This document shows, one piece after another, positions 53,501-64,000 of a stretch of 64,000 nucleotides of DNA; position 1 is the stretch's first letter, and each line of letters begins with the position of its first letter. Both the position numbers and the translations under genes were made by a program. The DNA lies in the NCBI GenBank assembly GCA_964304625.1, contig OZ199840.1, positions 9,987,018-10,051,017 on the forward strand, read 5' to 3'. Origin of the DNA: Kudoa neothunni (taxonomy: Eukaryota > Animalia > Cnidaria). Below the pieces are notes generated by a model. That model was not told the origin of the DNA, searched no databases, and worked only from the letters and a program-made list of their open reading frames with translations.

Positions 53501-56500
53501 TGGGCGACTCGTGCATTGTGTTGTTCTATTGTTGTTCCGCTAATTATTATATCATCTACGTAACAACTGACTCCTTCGATTCCTTTCAGTATATCGTCCA
53601 TCAATCTTTGGAAGACAGATGGAGCCATATTCACCCCATAATTTAGACGAGTATATTGGGACAAACCACGATGAGTATTTATAGTTAGGAATTTTCTATC
53701 TTCACAAACTACTTCCAATTGAAGGTAATGCGAATGAAAGATCTAATTTTGAGAAAAATTTTCCATTCCTCATATTGTTGAAAATATCTTCCGGTGTGGG
53801 CAGAGGGGTAAATTTCAGCATTCATAGCTTTATTTATAGTGAGTTTGTAATCGCCACAGATACGGACTGTCCCATTTGTCTTTAACACATTCACGGTAGG
53901 CGATGCCCAATTAGAGCTACTCACGCGTTCCAGTATACCCTCTTTTTGAAGTCTTTCCAATTCGCGGTCAACGTTTTCTTCAAGCGCGTAGGGAACTCTC
54001 CTCGCTTTGCAAAAGACTGGAGTGACATTATCTTTGATATATAATTTTGTTTTATTAGAACATAATAGGTGAGCTATCATTTGAATGGAAGACCTTGGGA
54101 AATTCTTTGGTAAAGTCGATTTCGTCCAATGAATAACATTGATCTATTTTGATTTTGAGTAGTTTGATAGCATCCCTTCCCAAAAGAGGTTTATGGTTGG
54201 CACCAACAATAATACAATTCACCCGAGCCACTTTCCCTCGATGTTCTAGTGTTGTGAGGTGTGTTCCAAGAGTTTTGATAGTATTGCCACCATAATCCCT
54301 AATAATTAGGCTAGTATCTCTTTCTAACTTATTAAAAACCAAGCGATGTTTGATGAGGTTGATAGGAATAATAGTTCGACCGGAACCAGTATCAATTTCA
54401 AATGTAATATTGCCAACATTAGTCGACACTTCTGCCAATAGTGGTTTGATATATTCGTCATCATTTATATTCATAATTTCGTATTCATGTGAATCAACGA
54501 AGTTATCAATGGACAAACCCATTGCGTGAACTTGAAATTTCTTATTTTTCATGAAACACGCCGCCTCGATGTGGCCTATCTTTTTGCAATAGTTGCAAGT
54601 GGCTGACTTGAATTTGCAGTGTTTCCTCAAATGGCCTCCAAGGCCGCATGAATTTCATTTTCCTTTTACCTGCTTAAGTTTGTGCATGGGTTCGTATTTT
54701 GTAGCAATCGGTGCCAGTTTTTGAACCCGACTCAGCGGCTTCTCTATCCATGAGAAAGGAGACGGTAGATTCCCATGTTGGATTCGGTAAGTTTAGCAGG
54801 TCTGCTCTAAGTTTCTGATTATTTAAACCATTTATTAACCTGTCTCTCAAATTTTCGTTTAGGTTGGATTTAAAATCGCAAAGTAGAGCCATTTTTTTCA
54901 ATTCTCGGATATATTCCGCAATAGACTCTCCATCAAGTTGCTCTCTGCGATAAAACATACCTCTCAAGGCTATGAAATTCACAGAAGGTGCGAAGCAAGA
55001 AATAAGAGCCCTTTTTATCTCAAGTGTTGCATCACTAATTGTTTTTGGGTACAATTCGGCTTTTAGTTCTTTGTACTCTTTCGTATTAATACTCATCAAA
55101 AGGGATGACTTTTGCCTCTTGGAGTCCTTAATATCATGAAGGATAAAGTATTCCTCTAGTTGATCAATCCAACATTGTATATCTTGAGATCTATCGAGTT
55201 TTATGAACTTCATTTTATCTCGTACTCGTCGCCAAGTTGTTGTATTTGCGCGAGGAAACAATCAATTTTAACCTGATTGTTATTGTCTAGCGGATCTCCG
55301 CCCAGTAATGTAGTGGGCTAGCGCGGAGCCCAGCCTCGGTTGATTGGGGGGATTACTACAATTTCTAAAAATGCTTGCTGTCATCCAGCCTTTCGTGTTG
55401 TACTCATAGGGAACTGGAGTAATATTTATACTTTTAAAGCATCTAGGTCGGGCATGGTGACCTATCACTAAGGGGTCTAGCTTTTTACCATTCATTGAGG
55501 CTCCGAGTAATAATGTAATCCTTTTTTGACTTTTTACCACAAAACATATTATTTCCAGTAGCAGAAACGTAACTTTTCGTATGATAATATAGATAAATAC
55601 TTAAGCAAAAATAAGTGATTGTAGAATATTGTATAGTTTCGATCATAACGAAAAAATAATAAAGTACTCATTTGGTGCCCACAAAATAATCATATTATGG
55701 AAGTAATATTATTAACAAAAAATTCTTCATTTAATGTGTGTAAAAATATCTAATCGAAACAAAAATAATCATTTTTAGGAAAAACTTACGAGGCGTTGAT
55801 TGATAGAACAGCGCGGTCTCGTCGACATTGTATATATGATCCTCTTTATAATTTTCAAGAATATTGAGAAGTTGAGTCTTCCATTCTGTGATGATTCCTA
55901 TGGGTACCATGTTAGCATCGCCATGAAAGCTGACTTTTTTTTAATTGAATCTATTTTTAAAGCCGTGAAACCATCCGTAGCTAACATATTTGAAATCGTC
56001 ATCAGAAGCACCGATATCATTTCTTTTATTAATTTTTTCGATGGACGATAATTCGATACTTTTTGACCTCATCCAAATGAACCACTCATAAACACGCTGA
56101 TCGGCTTCTTCATCTTTTCCTTTCCACGTTGATCTTCGTTGGGATGGAAGCAATTGATTCTCAAATGCTTGTGTAATTTTAGCCCTTTTTTCGAAAATGC
56201 CATTTAATGTTGAAATATAACCTATTTTGAAGTGTTTTAATAGTTTCCGTCTTTCTATTTAAGGGCGGCAAACTATCACAATATTTAATTATGTCATATA
56301 TCTCTTGAAGCGTTCTGAATTTGTGAATTCTTTTTTCGGGTATTTAGAAATAATTACGAATTATCGGTTAATACACACTTTTAAAACTTTTTATTTGACA
56401 AAATAAAAACATAACTCGTATATTTAATTAAAAACTCATAGTAAACGTTATTTGACAAATTAAACCGAATGGACAAAGTTTTAAGGGAAGTTACGAATTA

Positions 56501-56514
56501 ACGGTCACTTACTG
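50514..56514 (-). mobile_element. pogo/Tigger DNA transposon (DD29D), interrupted by a Gypsy element
   Basis: TA-flanked TIRs CAGTCGGTGACCACTAATTCGTAA / CAGTAAGTGACCGTTAATTCGTAA. Contains a CENP-B HTH (VYEWF..SYGWFHGFKNR) and NVDET, KGWMTASIF, FMDNASCH..PKNTTSVLLPMDQG; frameshifted. Confidence 0.9.
51330..55360 (-). mobile_element. Full-length Mag-like Ty3/Gypsy retrotransposon (4.03 kb, frameshifted)
   Basis: 123-bp LTRs at 55238-55360 and 51330-51452 (3 differences), 5-bp TSD ATTTC, PBS TGGCGACGAG and PPT AGAAGGAAGGAGAGGA. Encodes Gag with CCHC knuckles, protease DTGS, RT YVDD, RNase H TDAS and integrase SDNGPQF..GLAER. Confidence 0.96.
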
Positions 56515-57723
56515 TAATAGAAAGAAGTGGTATCACCTTCGATTTGATAATCGTTCATTGACCAGTGAATTTAAATGTTGTCAGTAAATATTCACATAAT
56601 GAATCATTTTGAGTTTATTTGTTAACATTTTTGTTGGGGCTGACAGTTAGTCTTCGGCGTCAAAGATATAATGACACACATTATCTTGGTCGGTACCTAT
56701 GTGTATTAATATACAGTTGGCGCTAACTATATAAACACCCTTATATTAGCCTCTATATTATTATTGTTATATTTGTACGATGGCTCCTTGCCCTAACAAT
56801 TTTCACATTTTTTATATTGTTGAGTTTATTATTTAATTTAACAGAATTATATTCACAACGGATAACGTATTAAATTTTTGTTGGATAAATTACCTCCTTA
56901 TTCTCACAGAAACAAAATCTTGTATTAATTTTCTAAAATATTATAATTCTAGTGCTAATGCCCAACTTTTCCTAGTACTTGTGTGATGGAAAATTTTAAC
57001 TTTTAGTTTTTTTTCTGAATGGAGAAATTCTACGATTACGTTAATTTAATTAACACCTTAAAACCTGTAAATTTTATTTTTCTATTTTAGTGGATGCATT
57101 TGAAAATTTGTCATTATTTTTGCAATGTGATGATTTAGAATAACAAAATTATGCGCGCACTTTCCGTTCAAATATAAATAGAGGTATTGAAGGAAATCAA
57201 TGAGTAGTTTTAAGTTTATTTTACAAATTATTGACCAATAATATAATGAACTTAAGTTTATGAGCAATTTAATTAACGAATAAATTTCGTTTATTTATTA
57301 AACAAAATCATTAAGTGATTTAAATAAGACATTCAGTTCTTTTCAAAATCTTTCGATAAAAATAAATTTTCGCCTATTTTCTTCTAAATCTATATCTTTT
57401 TCTATTATTTGTCTCCAGCAAACAGTGATTCACGCAGTTCCCGAACCCGGCCAAAAAAAACGTTTCGGGTAACATTTTAATGAAATTTAAATAATTCGGG
57501 ATACAACAAAAATACGACATTGACAATAAATTATATTGACGTTGGTGCTGTGCCACCAAATTTTTTAACTGAACGTCGGGATTGATACTATCCTTCACAG
57601 AAAGAATCATAATTTAATGTTCGCTAATCCAAATCGTTGAAAGTGTTACTTAAAATTTTTTGGTTATTTTTCAACTATAGGTTAATTTGAAACTTTATAT
57701 ATTTTTTGAATGTTATTAAGAAA

Positions 57724-59661
57724 GGCAGTGTCTATTTTGCCGGACGCGCTTTTTCTCTTAAAATAATAATTCAATCGCTACAATTTTTTCCAAAAAATAT
57801 CTTTTATAAATGCAGAATATAAATTTAGTTTCATTAATTTAGAGACGAATTTTAACATAGCTAATTTGTATCCATAATATCCAAATGAAAATACAGTAAA
57901 GTAAAATTATTTGGCCAATTCGTATTTAAAATTTTTATAATTAGGTAAATGTTTTTATCAGATGATTGATACACAACTAAAATTTAATAAAATGTTGAGT
58001 ATTCTACTTTAAATAGTAAATGTTTGAAATTATCTTGTATTGCAACGCCAAATAATTGGGATTGTTTAACTTCCACATAAAATTATATTTGAATATGATA
58101 TATCGATATTGGTGTTGTTATTATTACTATTACTACTACTATCATCATTACCATAATCATAATTTTCTTTTTTTTTCTCAAACCAATAACTGTTTGAAAT
58201 ACACCTTTTGGTCTACCTCTCAATTTCACTACTGTTGGCAGCTTAATTCCTATAATTTTATGAATTTAGCAAAATGGACAAAAGATACACACCCTTCAAA
58301 GATGGATTTTTAGTTGTGGTATCATATAAAATATTCGGGATCTCCATATCAATTATTGATGACGGAACATTATCATTAACTGCTTCTAGTATATCCTCAT
58401 TCTCTAATCGTGATTCCTCAGTAACTAAACACGAAATAAAAATTCTACTAAAGACAATATCATTAATTACATGTTGGGATTGAAATCTCTTGATTGTTTA
58501 TGATGACAGATTCAGACATTAACTTGAACTAAATTAAGTTGATATATGAATAGTGGAAAAAATAGTCACCTTATCCAGAGAATCCCCATTGGAAATAAGA
58601 GAGATTAATTCACCTAAAATCTTTTTTAATGAATCATATTGACTCCCTGTTTTTTCAGACCCTAGCGAAGCTATTTTCTTACAAAGAATTTCTAACTCCC
58701 TGTATCGTTTTAAAGCAGAATTCGGAACAGGGAACTGACTCGAAATTTCTGTAATACTTGGTTGCACACAACACGAAGGATTTTGAAGATATAAATTCAT
58801 GTTCATTATTTTTCTAGCGTAAATAATATACCTACATGGTAACTCCATACTTACGTAGAAACATCATGTACAACTCTTGGGATCAGGATTGGCATAGGAT
58901 TCGATATGATTATTTATTTCATCCTGCATAATATTATACGCATATGAAGTCAACAATGTTTTATATTGTTTGTTAATGTCTGAATTTAATTTCTCAACAG
59001 TTTGGGTTATCCACACTCTAACTGCTTTACTCTCACGCTCAGTCCTCATACTTGATAAATAAACAAGCAGATCGCTAAAAAAGACTTCAATTGTTGAGAA
59101 TTTTTTTATGATTTGTTTAATTTTAGAATTTATGCATTCTAATCGATTATTTGTTCTATTTAAAAAAGTACCCTTTAGGTTCATGTATGCCGGGCACCAT
59201 TCATGTTTGATTGGATCCCAAGATTTATTATAATAAGTAATGATTTTTTTGTTACATGTCTTATTTAACGATTCATGGTAATTTTCATAAATTTTTGGAT
59301 TGGTATAGCAAAGCTTTTGAATCAACTCTAAGGCAGTTTTTCTTTCGGCTTTGTTTATTCCCATTCTTAATGTAGAGATTTCTCTCCCAAATGTTCTTAA
59401 GACATGGTACAGGCATAAGTTTGTACTTTCGTTAGGAAATACAGATCTTTTAAAGTTTCTTTCAATCATGTCTTTATCCATAATGAAACAAACTGTTTTG
59501 GTTGACATTTCCTCATTATGTTTTAAGTAGAGATTGACATAACTAGGTAACAGTCACGGTACTCTCCTCAAATAAAAGAGCAATAGCTCTTGTTTGACTT
59601 TGCCCAAAGTCAAATAAATAAACAGGCGCATATACAATGACATTCGATTATTGATTAATAC

Positions 59662-59692
<31 letters not shown>

Positions 59693-60783
59693 CCATAAAT
59701 ACTAGTTCGGGAAATTATCTAATAACGTTTTTCATATAAAGGTCTTGGAAAAATATTCCAGTCATTTCATTGGAGTTATTGTGCAATATTTCGATAGTTG
59801 CATTTGAGTGAGAATTTTTTATTGAATTAAACAATTCCGAAATATCCGACGAAACATTTTTTTAGTGTTTGGATATAATTATGGATTTGCTTCAACGAAA
59901 CCTTTTTTTGTGATTGGTTCATGATTTCTGCTTGTACTCTTTTTAAATTTCCATCATAAAAATGAACATTTTTTATAAGATTCTTGCTTTCTTCATCTAA
60001 TTTTCTATTCATTGGTAAAAAAATCCCTAAAATGCTCATTTCTGTTGCAGCTGTGAGTAAGATCCAATTTTCTAATAACTAACATATTCATGTTTTTAGG
60101 AACTCGCAGTGTAATGAAGAAATTGCAACCACTTTTATGGCTGTTGATTTTTCTCTTCCCAGCACTTTTAGATTGTATCTGAATTCAAATTAATTACATC
60201 AATTTTTATATAGATAATTACATTTTTACCACCATGAACACAACAAAAAGTGGCTTCATAATAAACAAGATCAGAGTTCATGTCTCTATCAAATTTTTTT
60301 AGGGCAGTTGAGATTTTTCTAGAGTTTCGGATCCAGTAACAAAAGTTGTTCCGCTTTGAGTACTTATCCATGAATTCTTTAGCCTTTTCAAAGTTTGTAA
60401 ATGCATTTCCGACCATAGGTTCAGATGTAATATCCTGAATTAGTAGTGTTTGATCAGACTCTCCTTCCCATAGTGATTCTAAATCGCGACTATCAAAGTT
60501 ACAACCGCACGCTAGAGGGTATTTTACTCGTTTATGCTGCTATAACATAAAATTAGATTAATTATATAAATAATACAGATTTATAAAAATTTGATGTCAT
60601 TTATAATGATACTTATGAATGAGTTTAAAATATCCTCGATGTATTTTGATACCTAATTATTAGTTAAAAGATAAATTAAATTAAATTTATATTCTGCATT
60701 TATAAAAGATATTTTTTGGAAAAAATTGTAGTGATTGAATTATTATTTTAAGAGAACAAGTGCGTCCGAAAATAGACACAGCC
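57724..60783 (-). mobile_element. Mutator-like element (MULE) with decayed transposase
   Basis: ~110-bp TIRs (GGC(A/T)GTGTCTATTTT…) and a perfect 9-bp TSD ATTAAGAAA (57715-23, 60784-92); the empty site is at ~41973. Motifs FIMDKD..FP....LCLYHV, RTNNRLE and SWIM-like C..C....LPCR. Confidence 0.93.
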
Positions 60784-61886
60784 ATTAAGAAATGTCTCTA
60801 TGCGAAATCTCCCCCAGGCTACGTTGGACAGTTCCCGCTAGTATATATAGAGCTGAAGTGTCCGTGTGTGTGTATTTGCGGAAGTACGCATGTGCCATGG
60901 AGAAACATTCTTTAAATACAAGCTTTTCGTAAACATTTAGAAGGATGATACTATTAAAAAATTCTTAATTTAATCAGAAGTACAAATATAATCAACACCG
61001 CAGTAAGAAATATGGAAGTTTTTGGTTGTTTATTCAAATAACAAATTAGAAAACACCTGCGTAATATTAATGTTTGTTTACTTCAGAGTGATAATCAAAT
61101 TAAACGAACTTTTACTCACCATATACTAAGAGAATCTGTTAATTTTGGTATTGAGTGTTTCAAAAATGCTACCTACATAAGCCTGTTTGGAATAATTTTA
61201 TGACAAATAATACTATTAACGTTACATTTACAAGAGTTTCTGTATTCCCTTAAAATTTGTAGCATATTGCATTTTTCTAAAATGTAGATTCATTTTAAAT
61301 AACTATACACACATTTTAAGCAAAAAAACTTATGATAGTTTTAAATAAAACACATAATTTGAGATTAAAGTTGTTGTCATCGGAGGAATAATTTGGTAGT
61401 TCTAGAAGCATTCTAAAAACGACTTAAGGTGTATGTAGAGTTTTAAAATAGTTGAATTTTTTGTGATATCTTAAATGAAAATTATGCTCCATTGGAATTC
61501 TCGAGATGTGAAAATTTCTTTTTATCAAATATATCCATTGAGATTGAAACTATATTCGTCTTTTCGATAAGTTTTTACTCATTTTTTGGCTTACCTGAAC
61601 TTTATTGCAAAGCAGCTGCCATAATTAATTCGATAAGTTTCTATAATTGACAAGATAATTTTTTAAATAATGTTTAATTTCTTTGTAACCTAATTATTCC
61701 TTACCACCAGACAAAGGTTAATATTCAAGCCAATATATAATTTTCTTTTCGCTAATAATAATTCATTATGATATAAAAGTTGCATAAAAATATGCACCAC
61801 TGCATTCTATATGTTATTTAAGAATTTATATTCACGATTACTTTTGCAAAAAATACAGTCCCTGTTAATACGTGTCATTTAAGTTA

Positions 61887-63257
61887 TAGGATTTCCCGAT
61901 CTAAGTCGGCGTTTTTGCAATCAAGTTATAGGTTTCAACGCACATTCTCGATTAACGCTGCGCATTGATTTTGAACAAATTTTTGTTAATTTAATTGAAT
62001 TTAAATATGTGCGAAGTTTCTAGTGACTCAGAATGTATAGTTGCAGAGCAATTCGATACGGCTAGATCGACATCCAATACGCAACCTAAAAGGAAACAAA
62101 GAAAAATCATCCCTGCCGATTATGGGAGCAAATGTGCAATTTTTGCTTGAATGGAAAAAACGGATAGTTATATCGCTTCGAAAATGAGGTTACTAAGATC
62201 CATGCTTTGGTCGATATTGTCTAAATTTAGAAACAACGACACTCTTGATCCAAAATCCAGAGGGGAGACAAACGATCACTTCTTTCGATTGATCAGAAAG
62301 AAAAAAATAATCAGTTGGGTTGACGAAAACTCATTAATCTCTTTAAAAGAATTAAAACAAAAGATCCAGGACGAATTTGGAGTTACCGTATCCCTCAGTA
62401 CAGTCGATAGAGTAATCGGAGAATTCCATTACACTCTCAAGTCTGTTGTAAGGATTCCTGGAAAAAGGAATTGTTCTACAACAATAGAAAAGCGGTTCCA
62501 ATATGCGGAAATGTTTCGGGAATTAGAAATCACGTCAATGCATGAAAGACTGATATTTTTGGACGAAGTGGGATTTTCTGTAGTTACTCGACCCAAGAGA
62601 GGACGCTCATTGAGAGGCAAGTCAGCGTATTGTCTTGTGTCGGCCGCTAGAAGTAGGAACATTTCTGTGGTTGCTGCAGTCAATAAAAATCAAGTAATTT
62701 TATAATAAAATACATGATAAGGCGGTAACCGGCGAAGACTTTTAAAGATTGCTTGCTGGAGCTTAAAATTAGCTGTTTTAATAATGGGATCCTTGATCCA
62801 ATATTTATTATGGATAACGCAAAAATCCATCACTACAGGGGTCTTCAGGACATAATTGATGCGGAAAATTTAGCCGTAAAATGACTGCCTCCATATTCAC
62901 TCTTTCTCAACCCTATTGAGTACTTTTTCTCTGTCTGGAAAAACTTAGTAATAGGGAGACAGTGTAAAGATGAGAAAGAGCTGAAATTAGCTATTTTTGA
63001 ATGTTTCGACGAAATAACACATACATATTGTGATGGGTTCTATCGAAAAAATGCTTGGCTATATCACAAGATCTTCTCGAAGATAGGTAATATTAGAATA
63101 AATAACAGTGATGATAGTAATTGTGGGGTTGAGAGTTAAAGTGTACTTTTTTGCGAGTTATTAAATGAATGTGTTTGATTAAATTGCGACGCGCCGAGTT
63201 TGATTGTAAATTGCCGCGTTTGATTGCAAAAGTGCCGAGTTAGATCGGGAAATCCTA
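61887..63257 (+). mobile_element. Tc1/IS630-like transposon (DD34E) with disrupted transposase
   Basis: 38-bp TIRs TAGGATTTCCCGATCTAA..TTGCAATCAA and a TA duplication; the empty site aagtTAataag is at ~43070. Catalytic motifs IFLDEVGF and IMDNAKIH…LPPYS..LNPIE. Confidence 0.93.
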
Positions 63258-64000
63258 TAATAAGAAATTATTGGTCTATTCGACCTAACCAATATTTTCA
63301 CAAAGTTTTCGTTAATCTAAGAATAGTTAAATACAAAGAAATTTTTTTTGGCATTAAAACAGTAAGTTTATTTTTAAAAGGGCGCACTCCTTTGAGAAAA
63401 ACAGTTGATATTTAAGCATTACTGTAATTCTTCAACCCAAAAGCACCTTTACATTTTAGATTTAATCGTATTTTGATAATTTAATTTGTATATTTTCGAA
63501 CCATTCAGTATTTTTGGTAAAAAGCAAGGTTTCATTTATTTAAAAATCGGGAAATTACGTTAAAATAGTGAATACGTAAGTTACCATTCACTGATTATTA
63601 AAACTTCATTAACTTCCTTTATAAAATTGCAAAAGAGGAGTAACAATTAATAATTTTTTTCCCGACGCAACTCATGTCGATTTACTTTTTTTATCGTTTT
63701 TAGACTAATAATAAATTTTATAACTAGGAGGATAAATTTTTATCGCAAAATTTTGAAGAGAACTGAAAGTCCTATTTGTGTTAATGATTTTGTTCAATAC
63801 CTTGTAAAATAAAGTTAAAACTACTCATTGATTTCCTTCAATACTTCTATTAATATTTGAATGGAAATTTCAAGCATAATTTTGTTTTTCTAAATCATCA
63901 CATTGCAAAAATAATGACAGACCTTAAAATGCTACAATTAAAACAGAAAAATAAAATTTACAGAGTTGAACGTGCTAATTTGATTAAATCTTACATAGAA

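Larger units (their letters stand above)
43953..64000 (+). repeat. Tandem segmental duplication, copy B, expanded by nested TEs (continues beyond the window)
   Basis: Same sequence order as copy A. Empty sites in copy A match the insertions at 46142, 57724 and 61887. Confidence 0.9.

Noticed and set aside
58056-58313. Poly-Tyr/His ORF
   Set aside because: Translation of a (TAT/TAC/CAT)n microsatellite on the antisense strand of the MULE.

Overview
This is AT-rich eukaryotic (animal) genomic DNA with very short GT-AG introns (mostly about 37-66 nt), so the ORF track shows only exon fragments. The compact architecture fits a reduced parasite genome such as a myxozoan cnidarian; this is inference, not an identification. 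Housekeeping genes assembled by hand: RPL5 (+), PCYT1 (-), SEC22 (-), DBT/BCKDH-E2 (-) and TIMELESS (-). The main non-housekeeping content is a family of four 6-exon genes for secreted five-domain Kunitz proteins that share an unusual 2C-6C-4C-4C-4C cysteine architecture. Two of them lie in a ~6.4-kb tandem duplication whose junction falls on a Helitron-like 3' end, and they differ almost only in surface-loop codons. There is also a 57-aa, three-exon secreted micropeptide gene that the ORF track misses. The second duplication copy has grown to over 20 kb through nested mobile elements. These include a Gypsy element lacking protease and RT (86-bp LTRs, intact Gag-RNaseH-integrase ORF), a Mag-like Gypsy inside a pogo element, a MULE and a Tc1-like element. 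Elsewhere are a piggyBac, hAT relics and MITEs, a tRNA-derived SINE and a 26-bp minisatellite. Coordinates and translations were read manually and may be off by a few bases.
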